17,767 nt of DNA from Candidatus Rifleibacteriota bacterium (GCA_051747585.1 JBNJGH010000071.1:1-17767), one strand, 5' to 3'; counted from the first letter of the stretch, positions 7,647-15,925 are shown. Translations and numbers: made by a program. The notes: generated by a model from the sequence alone, not told the origin.

Positions 7647-9421
7647 TATTGTCCTGACCTTTCAAGTTCATCTTTGAGTCGCTGACGCTTCCAGTTTGCA
7701 GCGTATCTCCCATTTTTAGCAAGCAGGCTGTTGTGTGAGCCTGATTCAATAACTCGGCCGTTTTCCAGATAGATGATCATATCTGCGTTCTGAAGGCTGA
7801 CCATGCGATGCGAAACAATTATGCAGGTTCGGGGACGGTTTTCATTTCTGATACTTCTTAAAATTTCTTTCTCGGTCTCTGTATCTACTGAGCTTGTGCA
7901 ATCATCAAGCAGCAAAAATGGACGTTCCGATGCCAGGGCCCGCGCTAATGAAATACGCTGCTTCTGGCCGCCCGACAGATTGACGCCGCGCTCGCCCAAA
8001 GTTGTTTCCAGACCGTTGGCGAACTCTTTTAAGTCCGGGCCCAGACCGGCCTTTAGAGCATAATGCATAGCCGCTTCTGCATCTGTTTTGTCGCTGCGCG
8101 AAAAAAGAATGTTTTCTCTGATGGTTTCTCCAAATAGAAAGGTCTCTTGCGGCACATAAGCAAAAAGAGATCTTAGCTGCTTTAAAGGAAAATTTTGTAT
8201 GTTTTTGTTGTCGATCAGAATTTGCCCATCCGATAGTGGGAACATCCTTGAAAGAAGCCGTAGTAAAGTGGTTTTGCCGCAGCCAACCGGCCCGGTTACG
8301 CCAAGGGTTTTGCCCGATTCAAGTTTGAATGAAATGTTTTCCAGAACTTTGCTGTCGTCATCAGGGTAGGCAAAGCTGACATTGTTCAGTTCAAGGTCGT
8401 TAGATTCGAGCTTGAAATCATTCTGATCGGGGTTGGATTCGGCTGCGGGTTCATTGAGCACCTGTAAGCATCTTTCGAGTGAAGCCATTGAACGCTGATA
8501 AAGATTTATAATCCAGCCAATTGCCATCATTGGCCAGCTGAGCTTGAGCATATAGGTTTGAAATGCAATAAAAGAACCCAGGGTAATAGTGCCTGCAATA
8601 ACCATTTTGCCGCCAAAGAACAATAGAATAACCATACTCAAACCTACAATAAAACTAAGGCCGGGCTGGAAAATCGAATCTATATTGGCAAGTCGAATTT
8701 TATCTCTTACATAGTTTAAGCCTGTTCGGGCAAATCTTTGAATCTCACTGGATTCTGTGTGAAATCCTTTTATGATTCTTATTCCTGAAAAGCTTTCCTC
8801 GGTTCGGGCCGAAAGGTCTGCCAGACGGGCCTGAACTTCTCTCGACCTGTTATGGATAGTTCGAGAAATAAGTGAAACCGTAATCGGAATCAATATAAGA
8901 GGAACGAGGGTTATAAGAGTGAGTTTCGTCGATAGCCAGAGCATTATAAAAGGTATGGACAGCAGGTAAAAAGTTGTGTCGAGGGTTATCAGTATTCCTA
9001 TGCCGAGCATAAACCTTATTTCCTGAATATCGTTGGTCAGGCGTGACATTAAATCACCGGTTCTGGTACGGCTGAAAAAGCTGCCGGGCAGCTTTAATAA
9101 ATGAGCAAACAAAGCTTTACGCAAGTCATATACCGATTTGTGTGCCGATCCCAGAAAAAATTGTCGCCAGAAAAATCTGAAAATAGCCTGAATAACAGCT
9201 GTTACCATGAGAGCAATGCCGCAATAAACAAGGTATTCGGTGCCTTTGTCGTTTTCTATGCCATCTATAGCAGCTTTAATGATAAGTGGCGGCAAAACAT
9301 CTGCAATGTCTACTATCAGCAGCGAAAAAAAGCCGGAAAGCAGGTATCTTTTATAGGGTTTTAAAAGATTTATGGCAAATTTGAATCTTGTTGGCTGTTG
9401 TTTGTCTGACTTCTGCTGCAT
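7646..9421 (-). CDS. ABC exporter fused permease/ATPase, MdlA-like subunit
   Basis: Transmembrane domain with TGDLMSRLTND. Walker A GPVGCGKT, signature LSGGQKQR, degenerate Walker B LLDDCTSSVD, VSHR. Confidence 0.95.
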   Translation of the reverse strand: MQQKSDKQQPTRFKFAINLLKPYKRYLLSGFFSLLIVDIADVLPPLIIKAAIDGIENDKGTEYLVYCGIALMVTAVIQAIFRFFWRQFFLGSAHKSVYDLRKALFAHLLKLPGSFFSRTRTGDLMSRLTNDIQEIRFMLGIGILITLDTTFYLLSIPFIMLWLSTKLTLITLVPLILIPITVSLISRTIHNRSREVQARLADLSARTEESFSGIRIIKGFHTESSEIQRFARTGLNYVRDKIRLANIDSIFQPGLSFIVGLSMVILLFFGGKMVIAGTITLGSFIAFQTYMLKLSWPMMAIGWIINLYQRSMASLERCLQVLNEPAAESNPDQNDFKLESNDLELNNVSFAYPDDDSKVLENISFKLESGKTLGVTGPVGCGKTTLLRLLSRMFPLSDGQILIDNKNIQNFPLKQLRSLFAYVPQETFLFGETIRENILFSRSDKTDAEAAMHYALKAGLGPDLKEFANGLETTLGERGVNLSGGQKQRISLARALASERPFLLLDDCTSSVDTETEKEILRSIRNENRPRTCIIVSHRMVSLQNADMIIYLENGRVIESGSHNSLLAKNGRYAANWKRQRLKDELERSGQ

Positions 9422-9428
9422 TTTTGCA

Positions 9429-9457
9429 ACTTTAGCGATAAATCACCAACTAGTCAA
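9429..9457 (-). promoter_or_regulatory. Candidate sigma70 promoter of the ABC operon (would give a leaderless transcript)
   Basis: On the - strand, TTGACT (9457-9452)-17 bp-TAAAGT (9434-9429), then 7 nt to ATG 9421. No Shine-Dalgarno sequence at a usable distance. Confidence 0.55.
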
Positions 9458-9473
9458 ATGTTAATTTTGTTTT

Positions 9474-9661
9474 CAGGGCTATTGCATTCTATCTTTTAAA
9501 GCTTTATTAATTTATATAAAGTCAGTCTAATTTTGACCAAACTTCGGTATCGCTATCGACATCGCTTCTCGGTATCGAAATTTCTAGAAACAATTCACAA
9601 ACCTTCGAAAAGAGAACTCCGATACCGAACCCGACACCCGATTTTTTATGCAATTGCCCTG
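9474..9661. mobile_element. Putative MITE (family C), 188 bp, CAGGGC termini
   Basis: CAGGGCTATTGCAT (9474-9487) and ATGCAATTGCCCTG (9648-9661) form a 13/14 inverted repeat, or 17/18 with the flanking T4/A4. Internal 10-bp inverted repeat TTCGGTATCG/CGATACCGAA. No ORF and no visible target-site duplication. Single copy here. Confidence 0.55.
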
Positions 9662-9738
9662 AAAAAATATAATCACTGGAAAAAAGTATGATTTTGTTGC
9701 ATATTTAATATAGGGAAATAAAAAAGGTTGGTAACAGT

Positions 9739-11463
9739 ATGATTAAAGAATTTAAAAGCATAAAATCGCTCTTGTTAGTAATGAGTCTTATTATAACTTT
9801 CGCTGTCGGTTGCGGCGGCGGCGGAGGCAGCAGCAACCCGACAGCCGCTCCTGGCACCGATTACCAAAGTTCTATTGTTGCTCCAAATACCTCTGTCTTG
9901 GCAAATTCGGCTTCAGTCTACCAGTATTCTTCAAAATCAGAACAAATTGGCATCAAAGTGCCGGTTAACAATGAAACCGCTAAATACGCCCTGGTAGTTG
10001 TTAATACATCTGGTACCAGCCAGACAATAAACATTAATCCCGAATCTTATGTTACCTCTATGAGAGCCGATCAGGTAAATTCGGTGAGAGCAAATGTTTT
10101 AACTGCTCAACCGGCAGATGCGGCAGATGCGGCAGATGCGTCAAATGATCTGGCCTGGCGCTATGCCAACCAGACGAGATTGCAGACCAATATGCGTAAA
10201 AATATCGACTTGCGCCGCAGTTCTCTGACCGACGGGGTTAAAGCTTCCATGCAGCTGCGTGCCAGTGATAATTCTTCTGAAACTGAAGGACAGACTAAAA
10301 CCCTTTATACAATCAGCAGTTCTTACGGCGATGGTGGTCCCATGATTCCACGTGAATGTAAACTGGTTAAAATCGGGCAATATTGCAAGATTTTCGTAGA
10401 CCAGGAAGAATACCAGGACTTGAGTGCTGTAGAGGGGGACTATAAAGTCACCGATGCAGATGTAGCTCATTTTGTTGATGAATTCGATAACCTTATTTAT
10501 GAACTGCTTACCAATGAGTATGCGCCCGTTTATGATTTTGATAATGATGGTAAATTTACTATTTTAATCAGCCCGGTTTATGCAAAACTTGGCTTTGCAG
10601 GCCTTTTTAACACTGTTCATCTGACTCCGGCTGAATATGCCGGCACCGGCAGCAATCAGCGTGATATGGTCGGCCTGTGGTCACCCAACCAGGGAACCAG
10701 CGGCACCCTGTGGACAGGCGAAACCTGGCGCGAAGCTACCCGCGAGACCATAGCCCATGAAATGCAGCATGCGGCAAACTACAGTGCAAAATTCTGGTCG
10801 ACCGGTACTTATAATCGAAGTGCACAAATGGAAGAAGTCTGGCTCGACGAGGGGCTTTCTGTTGGAGTTGAGGCCAGATACAGAGTTATGCGTGGCGATC
10901 CCGCAGGTGAGAACCGCTTTGATTACTGGGCCGAAAATCCAAGTTCAACCAACCTTACTCAATTTTCGACTATTTTTAATCCTTTTTTGAGTTATGGCAT
11001 GAACGGTCTTTTAAACTTTTACTTGTTCCATCAAGAAGGCAGCCAGGTAATTCAAAGCCTGGTTCAATCAAACAAATATGGTGAAGCTAACATGGATGCA
11101 GTATTTGCCGATCGTGGCGGCCTTAAAGGTGTTTTTAAAGACTGGTCGATGGCAATTCTGCTCGAAGGCTTGCGCAATACGGTCAATAACCCCGGCGGTG
11201 TATCTCTGGTCGATATAAATCAAATTGATAACCGCTACAGGTATAATGAATACCTCGATCTGGGTTCTCCTTCAAAGCAATTCGATTACCAGAACCTGCT
11301 TTTTGGTCAGGATGCTGCTTCCAAGAGTATTCCTAATTACTCAGCAGCTTTTTATGTATTGAACCAACCTGCTAATTTTACTGACGATGAATATCAATTC
11401 AGAATTGATTCTGACTCGAACAAAAACATCGACATTATTATGGTAAGGCTGCCCACCCCCTGA
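9739..11463 (+). CDS. Lipoprotein zinc metallopeptidase (gluzincin-type, M30/hyicolysin-like)
   Basis: Lipobox FAVG-C followed by a Gly/Ser linker. DFDNDGKFTIL, TIAHEMQH (HEXXH) and a downstream third-ligand motif WLDEGLS. Confidence 0.8.
   Translation: MIKEFKSIKSLLLVMSLIITFAVGCGGGGGSSNPTAAPGTDYQSSIVAPNTSVLANSASVYQYSSKSEQIGIKVPVNNETAKYALVVVNTSGTSQTININPESYVTSMRADQVNSVRANVLTAQPADAADAADASNDLAWRYANQTRLQTNMRKNIDLRRSSLTDGVKASMQLRASDNSSETEGQTKTLYTISSSYGDGGPMIPRECKLVKIGQYCKIFVDQEEYQDLSAVEGDYKVTDADVAHFVDEFDNLIYELLTNEYAPVYDFDNDGKFTILISPVYAKLGFAGLFNTVHLTPAEYAGTGSNQRDMVGLWSPNQGTSGTLWTGETWREATRETIAHEMQHAANYSAKFWSTGTYNRSAQMEEVWLDEGLSVGVEARYRVMRGDPAGENRFDYWAENPSSTNLTQFSTIFNPFLSYGMNGLLNFYLFHQEGSQVIQSLVQSNKYGEANMDAVFADRGGLKGVFKDWSMAILLEGLRNTVNNPGGVSLVDINQIDNRYRYNEYLDLGSPSKQFDYQNLLFGQDAASKSIPNYSAAFYVLNQPANFTDDEYQFRIDSDSNKNIDIIMVRLPTP
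10112..10140 (+). repeat. In-frame 9-bp tandem repeat (CGGCAGATG x3)
   Basis: Three perfect units plus CG, encoding ADA-ADA-ADA. Confidence 0.9.
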
Positions 11464-11474
11464 AGAAAAAATCT

Positions 11475-11690
11475 TTAACCACAGAGATCACCGAGAATCA
11501 CAGAGAATCTTTTTCAGCCATGGATTGTCCAGAATGGACAATCCGCCGGCGGTTGCACCGCACGGCTTTCCCCACACCAACAAACTTTTAGAAAAACACT
11601 GGTGCTTTTCTAAAAGTTTGTTGGTGCGGGGAACAAAGGCTGGAAAAGATTAAAAAACGGCTCAGTGCCCTCTGGGAACTCTGTGGTTAA
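11475..11690. repeat. Family A palindromic element, copy 3 (216 bp)
   Basis: Perfect 12-bp terminal inverted repeat TTAACCACAGAG / CTCTGTGGTTAA. Long stem 11568-11599 / 11602-11633 (30/32 paired). Begins 11 bp after the metallopeptidase stop. Confidence 0.95.
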
Positions 11691-11735
11691 GAATATTTCT
11701 TAAAGTTTGATAAACTTAATTTTGTTATCAAATAT

Positions 11736-11784
11736 AAAAAAACACCCGGTTATATTGCCTTAGCGCAATAACCGGGTGTTTTTT
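11736..11784. terminator. Bidirectional Rho-independent terminator between convergent peptidase genes
   Basis: AAAAAACACCCGGTTA (11737-11752) / TAACCGGGTGTTTTTT (11769-11784), giving a U-tract on both strands. Confidence 0.88.
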
Positions 11785-11804
11785 ATGTGGAGTATTTTTA
11801 CGTT

Positions 11805-14264
11805 TTACTCGTTTGAGGTCTTAGAGTCTTCTTCAGGTGCGTTTTTGAGATATTTGTCGAACCAGTTGAAGCTTTCTGCAAGCACATGAAGAATCGATTC
11901 GCGGGCTTCGTAGCCATGACCCTCATAGGGTAATACTACCAGCTTTGCTGTGCCTCCATGCCCCTTAACCGCGCCAAACAGTCTTTTACTCTGTATCGGA
12001 AATGTTCCTGGATTAGGATCGTCTTCTCCGTGAATCAGCAGCAGTGGCTCATTTATTTTACTCGCATGGGAGAACGGAGAAAGCTTTATGTAAATATTTT
12101 GTGCTTCCCAGAAAGTGCGGCGTTCACCCTGAAATCCGAAGGGGGTAAGGGTGCGGTTATATGCGCCACTTCTGGCAATTCCCGCTGCAAATAAATCTGT
12201 ATGAGCCAGCAGGTTGGCAACCATGAAGGCACCGTAAGAATGACCGGCAACACCGATTTTATCTGGATCGGCAATACCTATTTCGGTCAGTTTGTCTACC
12301 GCAGCTTTTGCGCCGGCCTTGATTTGTTCTATAAAAGTGTCATTTGCAGTCAGCGGATCACCGACAATTGGAATTTCAGCGCGATTTAAAACTGCATAAC
12401 CACGTAAAACAAAAAACAGAATAGATGTTCCGCCAATTCTGGCATAGCGGTTGGTGGCGCTTCTTACCTGTCCTGCGGTTTTTACATCTGTATATTCGCG
12501 TGGATAGGCCCAGACAATGGTGGGATATTTTTTCCCTGGTTCGTAATCAAGCGGATAATACAAAGTTCCTGAAAGAGGCACTCCATCTTTTCTTTCATAT
12601 TTGATCAATTCTTTTTTTACATTGTTGAGTTCGGGCACCGGCGGGGGATAATTGGTGAGTTCTTCGGCTTTGAGAGCTTTGTTGTCTACGATTTTTCTCA
12701 AAAAGTAATTGCGTGGTCGTTCGGTATTTTCTAGAGCGGTAACTATAGCGCTTCTATCTTTAAAAGCAAACTCGACAAAAGATTCAAAGTTTTCGAGGCC
12801 TGAACGGAAAATTTCTATTTCTTCTCCGGTTTTTATGTTGTATTTGTTGAGAAAAGGTCTGTAGCCTTCTGGTGTGGCGCCGCTGCCTTCAAGATAAATC
12901 CATTGATCGTCTTCAAAAACAGCCAGGTTTTGTCCATCGGCTTTTGTATAATAGACCAGGTCGCCCTTGTCTTTATACTGGTCATGGTAATTACGTGAAA
13001 AAATAACCTTGGATTCAGAAGCAACATTGTTTTTATTCAAGTCGATAAGACGGCCTTTAAGCCAGCGTTCATCGCGGTCATAATCCCATATGATGCAGAC
13101 GCCAGGTTTGTCGAGCAGGTCGAGCCCGGCATATCGCATCGGAAGCTTAATAATTTCGTGTTCATTGCCTTTAAAAGGGGCTTTCATAGATTTCATCGCA
13201 TCACGAAAATCTGCTTCAACATTGGGGTCACCGCCATCCAGAGCTTCGAACCAGCAAACTGTTGCGGGCTCAAGTCGCTGCCAGAAGAAATTTCTCTTAC
13301 CTGTCTGAACTCCTTCAATTGGAATTTCATCGCCGACTGGTTTGCGTTCGAGAAGTTTAACAACCTTGCCGGATCGGTTCCATACTTCATAACGATGGGC
13401 AAAGCGGTAATGCGGTACTGTTCTTGAAAATGGTTTTTCCAGAATTCTAATCAGATTGTATTTTCCATCTGGAGAAACACTGAAACTTGTTATTATATCA
13501 GGCTTACCAATTTTTGTGCTTTTGCCGGTCTCCAGGTTGTATCTGGTAATCTGTGTAGTGGCAAAATATTCGAAGAGTTTTTCATCGTAATTGCTTTGTA
13601 AAAGGCCCTGGTAAGTTCTAACTTTTGAGACTTGCCCGGAGGTTTCCTGGATCTCGGGCGACTGGGGCAATTTAGGCTTTTGAGGCATTTTGCCGCGATT
13701 CTTTTGATAAACCGGAATAAAGACATTCTTGCTGTCATTGCTCCACCAGAATGGGCTTAAAAGAACCGAGTTAACTCTCGGATCGCCGATTGGTTTTCCT
13801 TCAAGTTTTTCGGGGTCGAAAAGCCATACTTGAGAACCGCCCGGTTGATATTGTGCGGCAACGAAATATTTGCCGTCAGGTGACCAGGTCGGAAAACCGA
13901 ACTTTGCCCCTTCAGGTATTTTAAAGTCTTTTATTTCTTTGGTTTTGAGGTTCAATAGTCGCAATTTGCGAATAAAATAGCTTCGCCTGGGAATATTGTA
14001 TCTGGTGAGAATTTTGATTCCCGCCAGGTGTGCTTTTGGTTCTGCCAGGTCTTCAAGACTCAATTGTGTGTCAGATTCTACCAGCAGGGCTGTTTTGCCT
14101 TGCGGATTAACACTTATCTGTGGAGGATTCGGAGTGTCGACGATATCGACGATTTTTTGTTCCGGGGTTAAATAACCTTTGTCACCTGCCATAATCGTTG
14201 TTTCAGCTGAAAATACAAATATGATTAAACATATAAGTAAAAATTTCAGTAATTCCTTTCCCAT
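11805..14264 (-). CDS. S9 family serine oligopeptidase (prolyl oligopeptidase/acylaminoacyl-peptidase-like; beta-propeller plus alpha/beta hydrolase)
   Basis: Nucleophile motif GHSYG, IARSGAYNRTLTPFGFQ, LLIHGEDD and PYEGHGY. WSPDG/VSPDG propeller repeats. Start moved to ATG 14264 (AAAGGA RBS, signal peptide). Confidence 0.93.
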   Translation of the reverse strand: MGKELLKFLLICLIIFVFSAETTIMAGDKGYLTPEQKIVDIVDTPNPPQISVNPQGKTALLVESDTQLSLEDLAEPKAHLAGIKILTRYNIPRRSYFIRKLRLLNLKTKEIKDFKIPEGAKFGFPTWSPDGKYFVAAQYQPGGSQVWLFDPEKLEGKPIGDPRVNSVLLSPFWWSNDSKNVFIPVYQKNRGKMPQKPKLPQSPEIQETSGQVSKVRTYQGLLQSNYDEKLFEYFATTQITRYNLETGKSTKIGKPDIITSFSVSPDGKYNLIRILEKPFSRTVPHYRFAHRYEVWNRSGKVVKLLERKPVGDEIPIEGVQTGKRNFFWQRLEPATVCWFEALDGGDPNVEADFRDAMKSMKAPFKGNEHEIIKLPMRYAGLDLLDKPGVCIIWDYDRDERWLKGRLIDLNKNNVASESKVIFSRNYHDQYKDKGDLVYYTKADGQNLAVFEDDQWIYLEGSGATPEGYRPFLNKYNIKTGEEIEIFRSGLENFESFVEFAFKDRSAIVTALENTERPRNYFLRKIVDNKALKAEELTNYPPPVPELNNVKKELIKYERKDGVPLSGTLYYPLDYEPGKKYPTIVWAYPREYTDVKTAGQVRSATNRYARIGGTSILFFVLRGYAVLNRAEIPIVGDPLTANDTFIEQIKAGAKAAVDKLTEIGIADPDKIGVAGHSYGAFMVANLLAHTDLFAAGIARSGAYNRTLTPFGFQGERRTFWEAQNIYIKLSPFSHASKINEPLLLIHGEDDPNPGTFPIQSKRLFGAVKGHGGTAKLVVLPYEGHGYEARESILHVLAESFNWFDKYLKNAPEEDSKTSNE

Positions 14265-14345
14265 TGTGTTTTTCCTTTCAGAAATTTTCAACATATTAAA
14301 ATAAAGCCCGTCAAAAGGCAATCTTCATGAGCTTATTTAACTAAG

Positions 14346-14379
14346 AAAACAGGCCTGAAATTATAATTCAGACCTGTTT
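14346..14379 (-). terminator. Probable Rho-independent terminator of the trxB transcript
   Basis: On the - strand, AAACAGGTCTGAA / TTCAGGCCTGTTT stem (one G-U pair) ending in TTTTCTT. Starts 17 bp after the stop at 14397. Confidence 0.65.
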
Positions 14380-14396
14380 GTTGATTTTTAATTAAA

Positions 14397-14582
14397 TTAT
14401 TTTTGCCGACCTTTGAAAAAGTAGATTATCAAACCAATTGGGCCTGTAAGGAAAATCAGCAGCAGCCATAAAAAGCGATGCGATTTACATTTACCATCAA
14501 TTCCGGTGAACAAAAGAGCTGCCGTTTGAAAAACAAAAGCAAAAATAATGTAAACTGTTGCGTATGTAGTAAAAGCACCCAT
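14397..14582 (-). CDS. Small two-helix membrane protein, PLDc_N-like
   Basis: 61 aa with two hydrophobic segments and the WLLLIFLTGPIGLIIYFFKGR motif typical of the PLDc N-terminal domain. Starts 9 bp after the trxB stop. Confidence 0.7.
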   Translation of the reverse strand: MGAFTTYATVYIIFAFVFQTAALLFTGIDGKCKSHRFLWLLLIFLTGPIGLIIYFFKGRQK

Positions 14583-14591
14583 AGGTTGTTG

Positions 14592-15536
14592 TTAGCCCAG
14601 ATCGTTTTCAGTAAGCCAGCGTTCGGCATCAAGAGCCGCAGCACAGCCGGTGCCGGCAGCGGTAACCGCCTGGCGATAATGAGGATCAGTTGCATCACCG
14701 CAGGCAAAGACTCCTTCTACATTCGTGCGGGTAGATGGGTGTTGAACCGGAATATAGCCCTTTTCATCCAGATCAATTGATCCTTTTAAAAATCCTGTAT
14801 TGGGGTTATGTCCGATGGCCATGAACAAGCCTTTACATGGATAATCAGAAATTTCGTCTGTTTTTACATTTTTAACCTTGATGCCTTCTACGAATTTATC
14901 TCCGTAGACTTCATCAAGCACTGAATCCAGTACCAGTTCAATTTTTGGGTTATCGAAGGCTTTCTTTTGCATTGCTTTGCTTGCTCTGAATTCATCGCGC
15001 CGATGCACTATAAGCACTTTTTCTGCAAAGCGGGTAAGGAAAGTGGCTTCTTCTATTGCCGAATCGCCGCCGCCGATTACTGCCATAACCTTATTCCGAA
15101 ACATTGGCAGCGCGCCATCGCAAGTTGCACAGGCAGAAACGCCCTTGTTCCAGAAAGTTTTTACACTTGGTAGATCCAGGACTTTGGCACTGGCACCGGT
15201 AGCAATAATAACTGAATGAGCTGTAACTGTGCGGCTGGAGTTTTTGAGGGTAAGAGGTTTTGAAGAAAAATCAACTTCATCTATGTCTTCCATTATGAAT
15301 TCAGCGCCAAATCGTTCGGCCTGCTTTTTCATGTTGGCTATGAGTTCGGGGCCATCGATTCCTTCTGGAAAACCGGGAAAGTTTTCTACGTCTGTGGTAG
15401 TTGTTAACTGACCGCCTGCCTGGCCGCCTTTGATGAAGCCTTCAATTACCAGGGGTTGCAAATCTGCTCTGGCCGCATAAATTGCAGCAGTTAAGCCTGC
15501 TGGTCCGGAGCCTACTATAACTAATTTTTTAACCAT
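14592..15536 (-). CDS. trxB: Thioredoxin-disulfide reductase
   Basis: GSGPAG FAD motif, GGQLTTTTDVENFPGF, redox-active CATC, GGGDSA and HRR NADPH motifs, YRQAVTAAGTG. Start ATG 15536 with an AGGAG RBS. Confidence 0.98.
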   Translation of the reverse strand: MVKKLVIVGSGPAGLTAAIYAARADLQPLVIEGFIKGGQAGGQLTTTTDVENFPGFPEGIDGPELIANMKKQAERFGAEFIMEDIDEVDFSSKPLTLKNSSRTVTAHSVIIATGASAKVLDLPSVKTFWNKGVSACATCDGALPMFRNKVMAVIGGGDSAIEEATFLTRFAEKVLIVHRRDEFRASKAMQKKAFDNPKIELVLDSVLDEVYGDKFVEGIKVKNVKTDEISDYPCKGLFMAIGHNPNTGFLKGSIDLDEKGYIPVQHPSTRTNVEGVFACGDATDPHYRQAVTAAGTGCAAALDAERWLTENDLG

Positions 15537-15558
15537 AATTGTTTGTCTCCTGAATATT

Positions 15559-15582
15559 ATTATGTATGTCATTATACATAAT
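15559..15582. promoter_or_regulatory. Operator-like inverted repeat overlapping a TATAAT -10 box upstream of trxB
   Basis: ATTATGTAT-N6-ATACATAAT perfect 9-bp dyad. TATAAT on the - strand at 15576-15571. Confidence 0.4.
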
Positions 15583-15660
15583 TCACCTGCTGATTAAAAC
15601 CCGCAAAATAATAGTTCAACAATTCTACATATGCCTGTTAAAAACTGTTTCAAGACATTT

Positions 15661-15877
15661 AGATTGCTTCGTCGTTCTGCTTCGCATAAAGCTTCGCAGA
15701 ACTCCTCGCAATGACAATTTGTGGCTGTCATCGTATATTGGTCATTGAGCGTAGTCGAAATGACCAATGGATGGTTACAAGGTCCCTTCGACTCCGCTCA
15801 GGGACCGCAATAGGGTGTCATTGCGAGGAGGTGCAGGGCAGATCGGCTGATCTGGCCCGAAGCCGACGAAGCAATCT
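15661..15877. repeat. Family B nested palindromic element, copy 2
   Basis: AGATTGCTTCGTCG / CGACGAAGCAATCT (14 bp) and CTCCTCGCAATGACA / TGTCATTGCGAGGAG (15 bp) are perfect arms. Inner hairpins as in 4879-5045. Confidence 0.93.
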
Positions 15878-15925
15878 CTAATTTTTTCTACGCTGCCTTA
15901 AGCAGTGTCACCTTTGCAGAAAAAA

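Noticed and set aside
1..11690. Family A or B repeats as a CRISPR array or integron attC sites
   Set aside because: Copies are kilobases apart, with no repeat-spacer period and no cas or integrase gene. They also sit beside housekeeping genes in either orientation.
5868..15536. Short antisense or alternate-frame ORFs inside the ABC, metallopeptidase, S9 and trxB genes (also 1412-1672 and 2089-2397)
   Set aside because: They are shadows of well-supported genes and have no recognisable motifs.
15566..15748. 60-aa ORF on the + strand
   Set aside because: It overlaps the trxB promoter region and family B copy 2, with no SD or recognisable motif.
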